Origin: Desulfatiglandales bacterium | Lineage (GTDB): Bacteria; Desulfobacterota; DSM-4660; Desulfatiglandales; HGW-15 | Length of the DNA: 64,000 nt | Reading direction: 5' to 3' | NCBI GenBank assembly: GCA_963667015.2 | Contig: CAXXJJ010000001.1 | Coordinates: 832,001 to 896,000 of the forward strand | Notes under the pieces: model-generated | What the model was told of the DNA's origin: nothing | Seen by the model: the letters and a program-made list of their open reading frames with translations, nothing else | The model's database searches: none | Made by a program: the position numbers and the translations under genes | Part shown: one piece after another, positions 10,075 to 19,980 of the stretch | Numbering within the stretch: position 1 is the stretch's first letter | Layout: the number at the start of each line of letters is the position of its first letter

Positions 10075-12540
10075 TTAAATCGATAAGGTATTCATCAACT
10101 CATCAGTGCCAAAATTCAAAAGGAATTCTGCATAATGGCTTGAAAAGATATCTTTTAAAAACTCTGTTAAGTCTTTTTCTTCTTCGCCTTGAGTTAAAGT
10201 ATATTTTTTTTGTTTGGCGATAGTAAACAAGAAGAGGGCATGAAAATATACTGAGCTTAGATATTTTTTGTCTGCTAATTCTATTTGTTCTTCAGTAATT
10301 GATTTGTATTTTGCCTTGTATGCTTTTAATACTCTACTATCCATGTTTATAAAAAGGGTATCTAACATTTCGCCTTCAACATAGGGATGCATTATAGTGT
10401 CAATATCCATATCTTCCCCACATTTATCCTCAAACTCATCCCACGTTAGATACTCATCCTTCTTTTCTTTATAGACCAATTGATATTGAGGTAGCCCCCA
10501 AGATGAATCGTCATCCTCTTCTTTTTGTTTTATATCCTTTGGTAGTTTTTCTTTATCTACTACTTGAATCCAAAACTTTTCTTCAAATTCTTCTCCAGCC
10601 CCATTTAGTATTGCATTAACTTGGACCATATCGCCAACGTTTAAAATATTATTCGGACTAAAATTAATTTTTATTGTCCCATTATTCGGACTTGATCTTT
10701 GTATATTGAAAATATCAGATAGCTGTTTGGGGACCCCTTGTTTATTCCCTCCCTCTGTTTCATTTGGCTTAAAACTTAGAAGAGAAATTGAAAGATCTCC
10801 CGGATCTTCAGTTCTATCAAAATATTGGTTTTCAACATCAGTTGCGAACCTTACAGTTCGACTACTACCTAAAGGTATTTTTGCAGCAGGTTTCTCTTCT
10901 GTACCTGAATGTTTTAGGGTGAAAAAGGATGGGAATCTTTGGGGATGAAATTGTTCTTTTTTTTCTTCCTTCTTTTCTTTTTTGTTTTTAATCCTTTGAT
11001 CTATTCCTTTCTTTGGAATATCGATCTTAAATGTATTTTGCAGTAGTTTAAATAGTTCGCTATCCAGAGGCATTGACTTTGTAAAAGACTTTAGAAGTTC
11101 ACTTGTATCTTTACTATCAAACGCAATCGAGTTTTTCCTATCTTTATGTATTTCTTTTAATTTTCCTTTTACCAAGGTCTCGGCGAGTGATTTACGTAAT
11201 TTACTCGTCTCGTCTGAACCTTTCAGACGATCTCTGGATGCCATAAAAAGTTCTTTTCTAAATAAATAATGCATCCTTGTACAGTCAACGTGGACTAACA
11301 AATGATTTTTCAACAAAGGCATTTTTAATGCACGAGAGATAAATTCGGAGGTGTAATGTCCATGTACTTGCCCATTTAATGAGAAAAGAATAGCCATATT
11401 ATTCTTAAAAAATTCCCTCGAAATAGTATCTCTCGTTTCCCTAGCTGATCTACCATTGACTTTATTCCTGAAAACATAACAAGTTACTTTCGCCTTCCCT
11501 ATTTCTTCATAATCTATTTCTTCCGAAAAATAATCCTCAACATATTTTGAATCTTCTTGTTCAAGTCTTCTTTTTAATCCAAAAAGGTCTCTTGCAAGAT
11601 TTTTATCATTCGGATAGCGTTCTGGGATGTCTATTGTATAGACAGGTAGTGCGGGATGAAAAAGGTATTCATTTATACTTTGATTTAAATCTCTTGATAT
11701 TACAGAACGTGAACCTGGTGGTAGATTGTAACTATAAAGTTTTATTATGGAGCCAGTTACAAATTTTCGACCATTAAGACCTAAATCAAGAGAGTCAATT
11801 GGGAAGCTGGGAATTTGATTATCAATCTTCATATATTCATACCAGGTATTTTTTAAAGTACCTGATTCTAGCAATTGTTGTTCATGCTCGTTTAAAGGAT
11901 GCTCTCTAACTAATGTAAAACCAAAATTTCCTGTTCCATCATATCTTTTTGATGCAATCAACTGGTAGCGTTTCTTACCACAAAAGACAATTGCCCCAGT
12001 GCCACCCATATTGTATTTACCTTGCACAAAAGGTATCTCAGCTTTATTTCCTTTGAGTAAGGATAAAAAAGTATTTTCAAAGTTTTCTGGATGCTGACCT
12101 TCCCCATTATCATATATTGTTAATGAGGTTTCCATGCGCGGTCCACTTGCTGTTATTTGTATTTCTTCGGCTTGAGTTTGTCTATATCCAGGAAGGTTCC
12201 AGTCTTCATGGCAATTCTTTGATGCTCTATCAAAAAAATTTTCGACAGCTTCTGTCATATTTCGAGGAGAGCTAGATCCTTTAGGATTTATTCCCGACTC
12301 AAGACATTTCCGCATTAATATTGCATCAATAGAATTTGTAATTTTTTCGATTAAAGCAGCGATAGGGGATGATTGTTGGTTTTCTATAACGCCAAAATTG
12401 TTTTCATTACCATCAAGAGGGTACCAATTTGTATTTTTAAATGTCTGCGAGTAAGAATTTAAGGCACTATCAACTTCTTTTTCAGTAGAAGCCTTATAGA
12501 GTTTTAAAAAGAAATGCTCTTTATCTATACATGTTGACAT
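10075..12540 (-). CDS. Large GHKL (HATPase_c, MORC/MutL-like) ATPase
   Basis: N box EKITNSIDA, G1 DNGEG, G2 GKYNMGGTG; 821 aa. Confidence 0.75.
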   Translation of the reverse strand: MSTCIDKEHFFLKLYKASTEKEVDSALNSYSQTFKNTNWYPLDGNENNFGVIENQQSSPIAALIEKITNSIDAILMRKCLESGINPKGSSSPRNMTEAVENFFDRASKNCHEDWNLPGYRQTQAEEIQITASGPRMETSLTIYDNGEGQHPENFENTFLSLLKGNKAEIPFVQGKYNMGGTGAIVFCGKKRYQLIASKRYDGTGNFGFTLVREHPLNEHEQQLLESGTLKNTWYEYMKIDNQIPSFPIDSLDLGLNGRKFVTGSIIKLYSYNLPPGSRSVISRDLNQSINEYLFHPALPVYTIDIPERYPNDKNLARDLFGLKRRLEQEDSKYVEDYFSEEIDYEEIGKAKVTCYVFRNKVNGRSARETRDTISREFFKNNMAILFSLNGQVHGHYTSEFISRALKMPLLKNHLLVHVDCTRMHYLFRKELFMASRDRLKGSDETSKLRKSLAETLVKGKLKEIHKDRKNSIAFDSKDTSELLKSFTKSMPLDSELFKLLQNTFKIDIPKKGIDQRIKNKKEKKEEKKEQFHPQRFPSFFTLKHSGTEEKPAAKIPLGSSRTVRFATDVENQYFDRTEDPGDLSISLLSFKPNETEGGNKQGVPKQLSDIFNIQRSSPNNGTIKINFSPNNILNVGDMVQVNAILNGAGEEFEEKFWIQVVDKEKLPKDIKQKEEDDDSSWGLPQYQLVYKEKKDEYLTWDEFEDKCGEDMDIDTIMHPYVEGEMLDTLFINMDSRVLKAYKAKYKSITEEQIELADKKYLSSVYFHALFLFTIAKQKKYTLTQGEEEKDLTEFLKDIFSSHYAEFLLNFGTDELMNTLSI

Positions 12541-12614
12541 TAATCATATACCGAATAAGACATGGTTGAATAAAATTTAAATTTAAATTGATTATTATAA
12601 TTGTAGCTGGAAAA

Positions 12615-13256
12615 TTATCCTAAAGCGTTTATCGCTTCGATAAAATCGATATAAATATTTTCATCCCACTGAATATCTTCTGTGTCATCATCTAAGGTGT
12701 ATAAATAATAAAAACCTTTATATCCTGATTCCAAAGCATTCTTTTTTAAATTTTCAATCGATTTTATAGGACAACATTCAGCCATCAGAAAAATATTTTC
12801 CAATTTGTATTTTTTAAAGTCCTCACAATAATTTTTATCTACTGACTTTGCATATGATTTGCAGCTAATAACTGCCACTGCATTTTTTGCTTCAATAAAT
12901 TTAAAATGCATAATAGGGTTTGATGTCCCGTTCCATTCAAGGATATGACCTGGTTTATGTATAATAATATCACATTCCGGGGAGCATGATTCGCCGCTAT
13001 CATCAACTAAATGTCCCCAGCTGACTTCTAAGTTTTTTGATGAGACAATTGTTCTTAATATATACAGAATGCGGGCAGATAGCCGGAGACCCTTTACAAA
13101 TCCTAACATCCTGCCTTTGTCTTTTGTGGAGTCCATTAGTCGTATACGTGGATCGAGTCTCCACTGAGCGAGTTCTTGCATTAGCCCAAAAAAAGGTTCC
13201 GTCTTAAGTCGCAGCTCCATCCTACCCTTTAAGGTGCTAGAGTGAATTTTACTCAT
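12615..13256 (-). CDS. DUF6602/NucC-like PD-(D/E)XK nuclease-fold protein
   Basis: GHLVDDSGESCSPECDIIIH ... AVAVISCKS pattern. Confidence 0.6.
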   Translation of the reverse strand: MSKIHSSTLKGRMELRLKTEPFFGLMQELAQWRLDPRIRLMDSTKDKGRMLGFVKGLRLSARILYILRTIVSSKNLEVSWGHLVDDSGESCSPECDIIIHKPGHILEWNGTSNPIMHFKFIEAKNAVAVISCKSYAKSVDKNYCEDFKKYKLENIFLMAECCPIKSIENLKKNALESGYKGFYYLYTLDDDTEDIQWDENIYIDFIEAINALG

Positions 13257-13949
13257 TTAATTGATATCTCCTTTTGCAATCAAAGAAACTGCTTGAGCCT
13301 TAGTTAAACCATTTTTTGAGGAGTATTTTTGAAGCAACTGTTTCCCTTCACTACTCATAGTAATCTCACAAAAAAGATCATCCTTTTTCATTTTTATAAT
13401 ATTCTCATCCTTTATTACTTTAGAGAAATTATCCCTGAGCTGTTCTTCAGACACATTTTGGGATGTAATGATGAATTCGGCGATGTATTGTTTAATGTTC
13501 CTACTCGATTTCACTCTTTTTATTATTTCATTGATTCCTAAAGTTGGTGCATCCTTTCTTAATTCCCTAATTGCCCTAACATCAGCTGAATTTAACTTTT
13601 TTTTTGCTACTTCCTTTGCAACAATAAGCTGTTCATGGTTTTCGAACATACTTAGGTGCACAGCTATATCAATACTATCAATATCCCTTTTCCTAAAAAG
13701 CTCTTTAACCTCCGGTATAAGTTTATTGATATAAGTAAATTGCCTTATCATCTTATTTGAAAGGCCTATCATATCTGCTACTTTTTTTAAGCTTCCGATA
13801 CCTTTGACTGCAATTTTCAACCAATCTGATATTTCAACCAAGGATATGTGCCGTTTTGTGGTTCTTGTATTCTTTATAAGCGCAGCGATTGCCTTATCAA
13901 TTACTTTCTCAGAAAAGTGTTCTTGATTTATTTCTAATTTATCATTCAT
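13257..13949 (-). CDS. ParB-like HTH DNA-binding protein lacking the CTPase domain
   Basis: SLVEIS...SLKKVADMIGLSNKMIRQF..INKLIPEVKE resembles the central HTH domain of ParB/Spo0J. Confidence 0.55.
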   Translation of the reverse strand: MNDKLEINQEHFSEKVIDKAIAALIKNTRTTKRHISLVEISDWLKIAVKGIGSLKKVADMIGLSNKMIRQFTYINKLIPEVKELFRKRDIDSIDIAVHLSMFENHEQLIVAKEVAKKKLNSADVRAIRELRKDAPTLGINEIIKRVKSSRNIKQYIAEFIITSQNVSEEQLRDNFSKVIKDENIIKMKKDDLFCEITMSSEGKQLLQKYSSKNGLTKAQAVSLIAKGDIN

Positions 13950-14757
13950 CTAAGAATCCTTGCTCATAAAGCCATGTCTCTATTATTTCTGGTACAATTT
14001 CTTCAACTTCTTTTGCGTACTCTTTTGTTGCGCTTTCTAAACCTTTTCTAATTTCTTCAGGAAGGCTTATCATCAAGTTTTTTTCAACTCTGGGTTTTAT
14101 TGCTTCTTCAAATATTTTTTCTGCTGACGCCTTCGGATATTTTTTCCCGTATTCGTTTACTCGTTGTTTTTGATATTTTGTTAACTTATATTCTTCCATT
14201 AATTCAAGCAATGCTTCTGCCTTCTTTATATTTCCTTGTGCTGCCTGCAGAGCTCTTTTTACATCTGCGGGTGACACTTTTTTATTTTTTAACTTTTTCT
14301 TCATTTTTGGTGAAGCTTGTGCTTCAATATTAATGTACTCTCTGACTTTTCTTAATGAGAGTCCTGTCTCTCTTTGGACTTTCCTCTCATCATGGTCATA
14401 CTCTTCATACAATTCAGTAATTGCTTTAGCTGTGTCTGCATGGTTCAAATCAACCCGTTGAACATTTTCAATAAGTGATCTTAAAAGAGCTTCTTGTTCC
14501 GATAAATCTCCGGCAAAAACTGCTAATATCGTTTTTTCCTTTAATTTATTATGAGCTAAATATCTTCTTTGACCTGCTATTAACTCATATGGTGGTTCAC
14601 CATAACTACCTAACAAGACAACTGGTTGTAACAAACCATGTTTTTTAATACTAGCAGCGAGTTCATCTAGTTCTTGTGTTTGACGTGTCAATCGCACATT
14701 CTGATCGCTTATTTTAATATCACTAAGCTGTATTTTATATATTCGATCATCAGCCAT
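13942..14757 (-). CDS. ParB/Spo0J-family CTPase-HTH protein (no parA nearby)
   Basis: LAASIKKHGLLQPVVL, LIAGQRRYLA and IENVQRVDLN motifs. Confidence 0.85.
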   Translation of the reverse strand: MADDRIYKIQLSDIKISDQNVRLTRQTQELDELAASIKKHGLLQPVVLLGSYGEPPYELIAGQRRYLAHNKLKEKTILAVFAGDLSEQEALLRSLIENVQRVDLNHADTAKAITELYEEYDHDERKVQRETGLSLRKVREYINIEAQASPKMKKKLKNKKVSPADVKRALQAAQGNIKKAEALLELMEEYKLTKYQKQRVNEYGKKYPKASAEKIFEEAIKPRVEKNLMISLPEEIRKGLESATKEYAKEVEEIVPEIIETWLYEQGFLDE

Positions 14758-14778
14758 TATTTTATTTCTCCTTTTTCA

Positions 14779-15588
14779 TTATAATTGACATATCAAACAT
14801 GCTCTAAATCTATACTCCTCTTCTTCCATCCCAGCTAAAACCTCTACAAGCTTTTTATTTCCCCTCTTTTTCCTGAACTGCTCTGCTCGGATTTCATGCT
14901 GCTCTTTTATTTTTTTAATATTTTTAGATTTACATAATTCGCTTAAAGGTAAACCTTCAATCCATGTAAAGGTCTTTCCCATTTCATTACTTATTTTTTC
15001 AAAATTCTGTGCTTTTTCAAAATCATCCGGATATTTTTCTAACAACCTTACCCATTCAATTTTTTTCTGAAAAAAACAAAAGTAACACCCTGAATGTGTT
15101 CTACCCCAAGCCATATAAGGAGGCATTCCAATACCACTATCTCTGAGTATCTTTATAACACCATCATAATCAATACCATCTTCTTTAAAAGGGTATATTG
15201 TTTTAATGTTATCCTTTCCACTTATATAGCCAACTCTATCTTCATCAGCTCTAATACCGACATAGCTGATTATCTGGTCTTCTCCGATCTCCTTTTCAAA
15301 TGGTTTAAGTTTCAACATTTTAGTACACCATCTCATTCTCGGACCAGGAAGATATCCACCAAACACCTTTAGCCAATGCTCAAACCCCGCTCGATCATTA
15401 AGTCGTTTTATTTTTTTTCCTAAATATACTTCGACTTGATCCAAGTATTCATATGTTTCTTTAAGCTCTTCGCCGGTGTCGCAGAAGATATATTCCATAT
15501 CTGGAACTTTATCTCTCATATGAATAGCTAGAGCAGTGCTGTCTTTCCCTCCGGATAGACTTAATATGTGACGTATCTTTTTACTCAT
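14779..15588 (-). CDS. sspD: PAPS-reductase-family (PP-loop) protein, SspD of DNA phosphorothioation
   Basis: SGGKDS, RWCT..LKLKP, GIRADE, SGCYFCFFQ and C-terminal CLIC motifs; context after DUF4007 and ATPase genes. Confidence 0.8.
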   Translation of the reverse strand: MSKKIRHILSLSGGKDSTALAIHMRDKVPDMEYIFCDTGEELKETYEYLDQVEVYLGKKIKRLNDRAGFEHWLKVFGGYLPGPRMRWCTKMLKLKPFEKEIGEDQIISYVGIRADEDRVGYISGKDNIKTIYPFKEDGIDYDGVIKILRDSGIGMPPYMAWGRTHSGCYFCFFQKKIEWVRLLEKYPDDFEKAQNFEKISNEMGKTFTWIEGLPLSELCKSKNIKKIKEQHEIRAEQFRKKRGNKKLVEVLAGMEEEEYRFRACLICQL

Positions 15589-18500
15589 TCCACTTCCTTA
15601 TTATCTTTTGGAATATTTTCCCATAATGCTTTAAAAGCAGCAGCAAAGCCAATCTGTTTATGTTTTTTTATTATCATACTTATTTCTTTTTGCAGTTCTT
15701 CTGCTTTATAAGATTCACTCTCTCCTAAATAAAATACATTTTCTTTTTCGTTGCCATCTGACCTCGTTAAAGAAAGTCTCATACCAATGCTATTCGAGAT
15801 ATTCCCTTCTTCAGAGAAAAGAACACTTTCTATACGAAAAAACCTTGATACATATTCAATTAATCTTTGATTGAATTGTATTTCATCATCATCTTTCCAT
15901 TTGTCAGGTGGTTTAGAAACAAGATAGCTTGCAATTGACTCAACCCACTCATGTTCAGGTAGACTCTCATCCATCAACCTCAAACAAAATGCCTTCAGTT
16001 TTGGTTCGCTGATTTTAATAGCTATTATCTCCGCTCTATCAGAAATGTTTTTTCGAAACATTTTCAACGATTCTGAACTTATGAAAGCATCTAAAATTTG
16101 TTTTTTCAGTCGTTCATTGAAACTTTGATAGGACATCTTTAATTCATTTATTGAATCTTTCAAAATGCCCACAAATTTATTTACTGCGTCAGCATTGAAC
16201 TCGGTATCTGTCTTAAATTCTTCTAAGCCACAGGCTTTTGGCAGGTTATAAAAAAGTAATTTAATTGGTTCCTGTGCTGAAAGAATGGCTTCCCGCACTT
16301 TTAGAGCTTCTTTTGATAACAATTTAGTATTGTGAACGTATAAGGGTAGGTTTGCTACAAATACACATAAAGGTTGAACAATATCTAATAACTCCGGTTC
16401 ATGAGCTTTACTATCAGTTAGGCCAAGTGCTGCAGTTAATTTGTGAAAGATATCGGTTCTAAGCCCTTCTATTTTACAATACTGAAGTTCAAAGGTTTCC
16501 GGAGCTTTTATAAGCCTTAAGAATTCTTCCCCTGCCATTACTCTTGCAAAAGTTCCATTTTCGTAAAATGCAATTTCATGTTCAAATATAATTTTATATG
16601 CGGCTAAAAGAATAGGGATAATACCTTCTCTGAGTCCATAGGGCGGTTTCTGCAATTCTAAAATTATATGATTAACACTTACTCTATTATCATTGTTATC
16701 TTTAAGGATACTTTTTATTTTATCAAACACAGGCAGAAAGTTACATTTGTCTTGTTCTTTGATTGGCAAACAAATAGACCAAATTCCATCTTTTAATTGG
16801 TGGAGGTTCGATTGTTTTAATATTGACAGGTATGCTGACATTTCAGGAGGTTTTTTATTCGGATCCATCCCAAGGAATGGTTTATCAGGATCATTAATCA
16901 TTCTTTCAATTAATCTCATGCGAGCTGCGGCGGCAGCCGAACTGAGTGATGACCTATTAATAAGTTCGTTTTTTATTATCGGAGCTTCAGTATATAGGTT
17001 ATCGCAAAGCTCTGATAATTTTGAGAGCAATTCACGCCCTGTGCTGATATTAAGTAGTTGCCCCTGCTGGTACCACTCTAAATCCATCTGACCAGTAAAT
17101 TGCCTTAATCCTATAAAAGTGTTTATCTGTTTTAAAAGTGTAGATCTAGTGAAGTCAATTTGACGTTCAACCTCTGATCTCGCGAATCTATCTCCTGCTA
17201 GTTCAGAAATATTTCTAAAAACCCATTGCCATTTTTGTGCTTCATATACAAGGCCTGAAAGTACATTAAGGTATGGAGGAACTGCGATCAAAATATTTGG
17301 CTTCAAGTGAAGTTCTGTCGCCTGCTTGATAAAAGATAATGCTTTTGAACGTTCTGCCTTTGTTTCACAAAGAGGAATAATAATAGCGTTATCGCCCTTT
17401 ATATTTTTAACTATTGCAGATAAATCGAATACTGAACAATAGAATACATCAAAATGGCGAAGGTTACCTGTTTGTATATAATGCCTTCTTGCAACGAGCG
17501 GGGTCGGGTCTATGTGGTCTTCTATTACTCTTGTAATACTTTTTGATGTGCTAATTGCTTTCTTTGCCTTCTCAACTGCTTGATCAAGGTCTACACTTGT
17601 ATGAGGCCATAGACAGTATCCCCCAGCTGCACCTCGATGATAAAGGACATGTCTCTTTTTATGCAATATTTCAAGGGCGTTTGAAATATCATCTGAATTG
17701 TACTTTGAATTGTTTAATGATAAGGCTACTGTCTTTGAAGTTGCCAATAAATCATTTTGATTGATAAGGTTTATAATTCCTACAGTTTTTAATATATTTA
17801 GCTCTAGTTCACTATTGGTAGCAAAGCTATCAATCATTGATTGAATATGGTTCCAATGACTCCTATAATTTTGTGCGCTCAACTGATAACCAAAATTAAA
17901 CCGAACATAATCATATAAATCATGAAGCTGGTAGAAGGTATCATTCCTGATAAAATTTTTCTCAGCGAATTCTTGTAGGCCAAAGGGTTCATTTGAAAGT
18001 AAGAAACTGAATAAAGACCGTTCATTTTGCCCAAAGCGATTAAATATTCTAATCAACACAGGTACTACACTGGGGTGCAAAGGGAATAGATTTTTAGCAT
18101 TTTCTTTTAATTTCTTTTCAGCAGGTGCAACACCAAACCACCCCAACTTTATGGCGGTTTCCATTTCTTTATTAATATTTTTTATATGGGATTCAGTTAA
18201 TTTAGAGCTTTTGACCTTTAGTGCAGATGAAATCAATGAAGCCATTTGTTCAATAGGCTGATTAAAAATAACTTCATCAAACCGAGCTGCTACTTTTTCC
18301 CATTCACGTTGACCAGCATGTGATAATTGATCTGCATAAGAACTAAAGCCTTGATGTAGTATTCCAATAATGAAAAGAGGTTCTTTACCGCTTCTCGATG
18401 CAACTTCTGCTAATTTTTGAAGAAGGAAAACATCCTGTTGCTCAGGATGTTGTGCAGCATATTCAAGAAACTTACCAAGTTCATCAATAATAATAAGTAA

Positions 18501-19052
18501 ACCTGTACCTTTATTTGATGAGGTAATATGCTTATTGGCATCAATAATATAATTTAGAACCTGATCATCAGTAATTGTTTCTTCGGAGTTTAGCGCTCTC
18601 TCCAGTTCATTAAATATTTTTAGTTTAGCACCACGTTTCTGCAAACTGTTAAGGCAGTTATATAAAGATTTCAGTAAAGCAAAGCGGAGCGGTAATCGTG
18701 AACCTGTTACCAAAATTGGTATAAAGTTTAAATTATCTTTATTAATAATGGCTTTAAAATCTATCTTCTTTTTAATGGGCTGTGGTAAATCACCTATCTC
18801 GCCATTAAACCAGTGTGCCAAGAATAGCGCAAAACTCGATTTTCCACTCCCGTAATCCCCAGTAATACGCCATGCTCTTTGACTCGAGTTAGCATTTATC
18901 CCTTTTGTCAATCGTTTTAGGCAATCTAGAGAAAAATCACTTATAATGTAATCATTTAATGCACTAGGATCATTGAAATCACGCTCTAAATGCGTAGAAC
19001 GTAAATATCTATTTCCTATCTTAAAAAGATCTGAAACCTTAATATCTGGCAC
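15585..19052 (-). CDS. sspC: Large P-loop ATPase SspC
   Basis: RSTHLERD, Walker A GDYGSGKS, Walker B IIIDELGK, FPLHP and QNERSLFSFL motifs; 1155 aa. Confidence 0.8.
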   Translation of the reverse strand: MPDIKVSDLFKIGNRYLRSTHLERDFNDPSALNDYIISDFSLDCLKRLTKGINANSSQRAWRITGDYGSGKSSFALFLAHWFNGEIGDLPQPIKKKIDFKAIINKDNLNFIPILVTGSRLPLRFALLKSLYNCLNSLQKRGAKLKIFNELERALNSEETITDDQVLNYIIDANKHITSSNKGTGLLIIIDELGKFLEYAAQHPEQQDVFLLQKLAEVASRSGKEPLFIIGILHQGFSSYADQLSHAGQREWEKVAARFDEVIFNQPIEQMASLISSALKVKSSKLTESHIKNINKEMETAIKLGWFGVAPAEKKLKENAKNLFPLHPSVVPVLIRIFNRFGQNERSLFSFLLSNEPFGLQEFAEKNFIRNDTFYQLHDLYDYVRFNFGYQLSAQNYRSHWNHIQSMIDSFATNSELELNILKTVGIINLINQNDLLATSKTVALSLNNSKYNSDDISNALEILHKKRHVLYHRGAAGGYCLWPHTSVDLDQAVEKAKKAISTSKSITRVIEDHIDPTPLVARRHYIQTGNLRHFDVFYCSVFDLSAIVKNIKGDNAIIIPLCETKAERSKALSFIKQATELHLKPNILIAVPPYLNVLSGLVYEAQKWQWVFRNISELAGDRFARSEVERQIDFTRSTLLKQINTFIGLRQFTGQMDLEWYQQGQLLNISTGRELLSKLSELCDNLYTEAPIIKNELINRSSLSSAAAAARMRLIERMINDPDKPFLGMDPNKKPPEMSAYLSILKQSNLHQLKDGIWSICLPIKEQDKCNFLPVFDKIKSILKDNNDNRVSVNHIILELQKPPYGLREGIIPILLAAYKIIFEHEIAFYENGTFARVMAGEEFLRLIKAPETFELQYCKIEGLRTDIFHKLTAALGLTDSKAHEPELLDIVQPLCVFVANLPLYVHNTKLLSKEALKVREAILSAQEPIKLLFYNLPKACGLEEFKTDTEFNADAVNKFVGILKDSINELKMSYQSFNERLKKQILDAFISSESLKMFRKNISDRAEIIAIKISEPKLKAFCLRLMDESLPEHEWVESIASYLVSKPPDKWKDDDEIQFNQRLIEYVSRFFRIESVLFSEEGNISNSIGMRLSLTRSDGNEKENVFYLGESESYKAEELQKEISMIIKKHKQIGFAAAFKALWENIPKDNKEVE

Positions 19053-19068
19053 AGTAATAAATCTCCAT

Positions 19069-19980
19069 TTAATATATTTGCTCTAATAATTGGATTAAGT
19101 TTAAATCGTTATTTTTTCTAACTTGCTGAATATTTGAAGATTCAATATAAGACAAGTAACCATCTGTCAGTTCAGCTAATCCTTCGAGGCGATGCCTTAT
19201 ATCAGTTTCAGGAAGCTTAAAAACTTGGCCAGGACTATTATGGCCATGGGCTATTTCACGAAAAGCTATAGTTGACTCATGAGGATATTCTCTTGTTATA
19301 AAATCATATAGGCAAAATAAAAACAATTCCTCTGATATTTCGGTTTTTTCTTCTCTTCTGAATTTATAGGCTGGTTCAAGTTTTCCGGTATCATCTATGC
19401 TTTCTCTCGAACCACTTTTCTGTAGCAGTTCTATTTCTGTTAGTGGACTATCCAAATTTTCTTCTTTTATTTCACCCTTATTACCTCGTGTTGGAAAATA
19501 TGTATGAATAAATACACTTAAATGATCTCTGAGTGTAGTTTCTGAAGGTTTTGGATCGGCATTTTCCAAATGCTCTAAAATAGCCTTTAATACAAAGGAT
19601 GGTGAAATTTCAGGTTCATGCCACCGATTTAATAAAAAATCCCAGGCCAAAAGGGGTGAAGAATTAACAACCGAAAGATTCCAATGTAAGAGCCATAAAG
19701 TCTTTATGTCTTCAAGATAAGGATCAAGACCATCTTCATTAAATAATGTTTTTCCAAAATCCGTAGCAACGTAACCATTTGTACCATTTTTTTCGATAAC
19801 ACCAGTAGAAGTAGCCCAGAACTTAATTGACCTGACCATATTTTTTCCAACACCCATTTCTACTATTGCCTGGTCCTCATCAGAAAAAATACATGGATTT
19901 ATATTAAGCGCAACAATCGCCTTGGGTAACCAAGGATACCGTAATGAAAATTTTTCATGGCCGGAAATGGTGTATTTCAT
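19069..19980 (-). CDS. sspB: DUF4007 protein SspB
   Basis: SGHEKFSLRYPWLPK, GVGKNMVRSIKFW and DPYLEDIKTLWLLHW motifs. Confidence 0.88.
   Translation of the reverse strand: MKYTISGHEKFSLRYPWLPKAIVALNINPCIFSDEDQAIVEMGVGKNMVRSIKFWATSTGVIEKNGTNGYVATDFGKTLFNEDGLDPYLEDIKTLWLLHWNLSVVNSSPLLAWDFLLNRWHEPEISPSFVLKAILEHLENADPKPSETTLRDHLSVFIHTYFPTRGNKGEIKEENLDSPLTEIELLQKSGSRESIDDTGKLEPAYKFRREEKTEISEELFLFCLYDFITREYPHESTIAFREIAHGHNSPGQVFKLPETDIRHRLEGLAELTDGYLSYIESSNIQQVRKNNDLNLIQLLEQIY

Noticed and set aside
12615..13256. CBASS system
   Set aside because: No CD-NTase or Cap accessory genes nearby.
13942..14757. Chromosome or plasmid partition locus
   Set aside because: No parA, rep gene or recognisable parS palindrome; the gene is embedded in a defence operon.
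14779..15588. Sulfate-assimilation CysH or DndC
   Set aside because: Context is DUF4007 plus a large ATPase; no cys genes and no dndD/dndE; too short for DndC.
10075..19980. Complete BREX type 4
   Set aside because: No PglZ phosphatase or BrxL protease recognised in the window.
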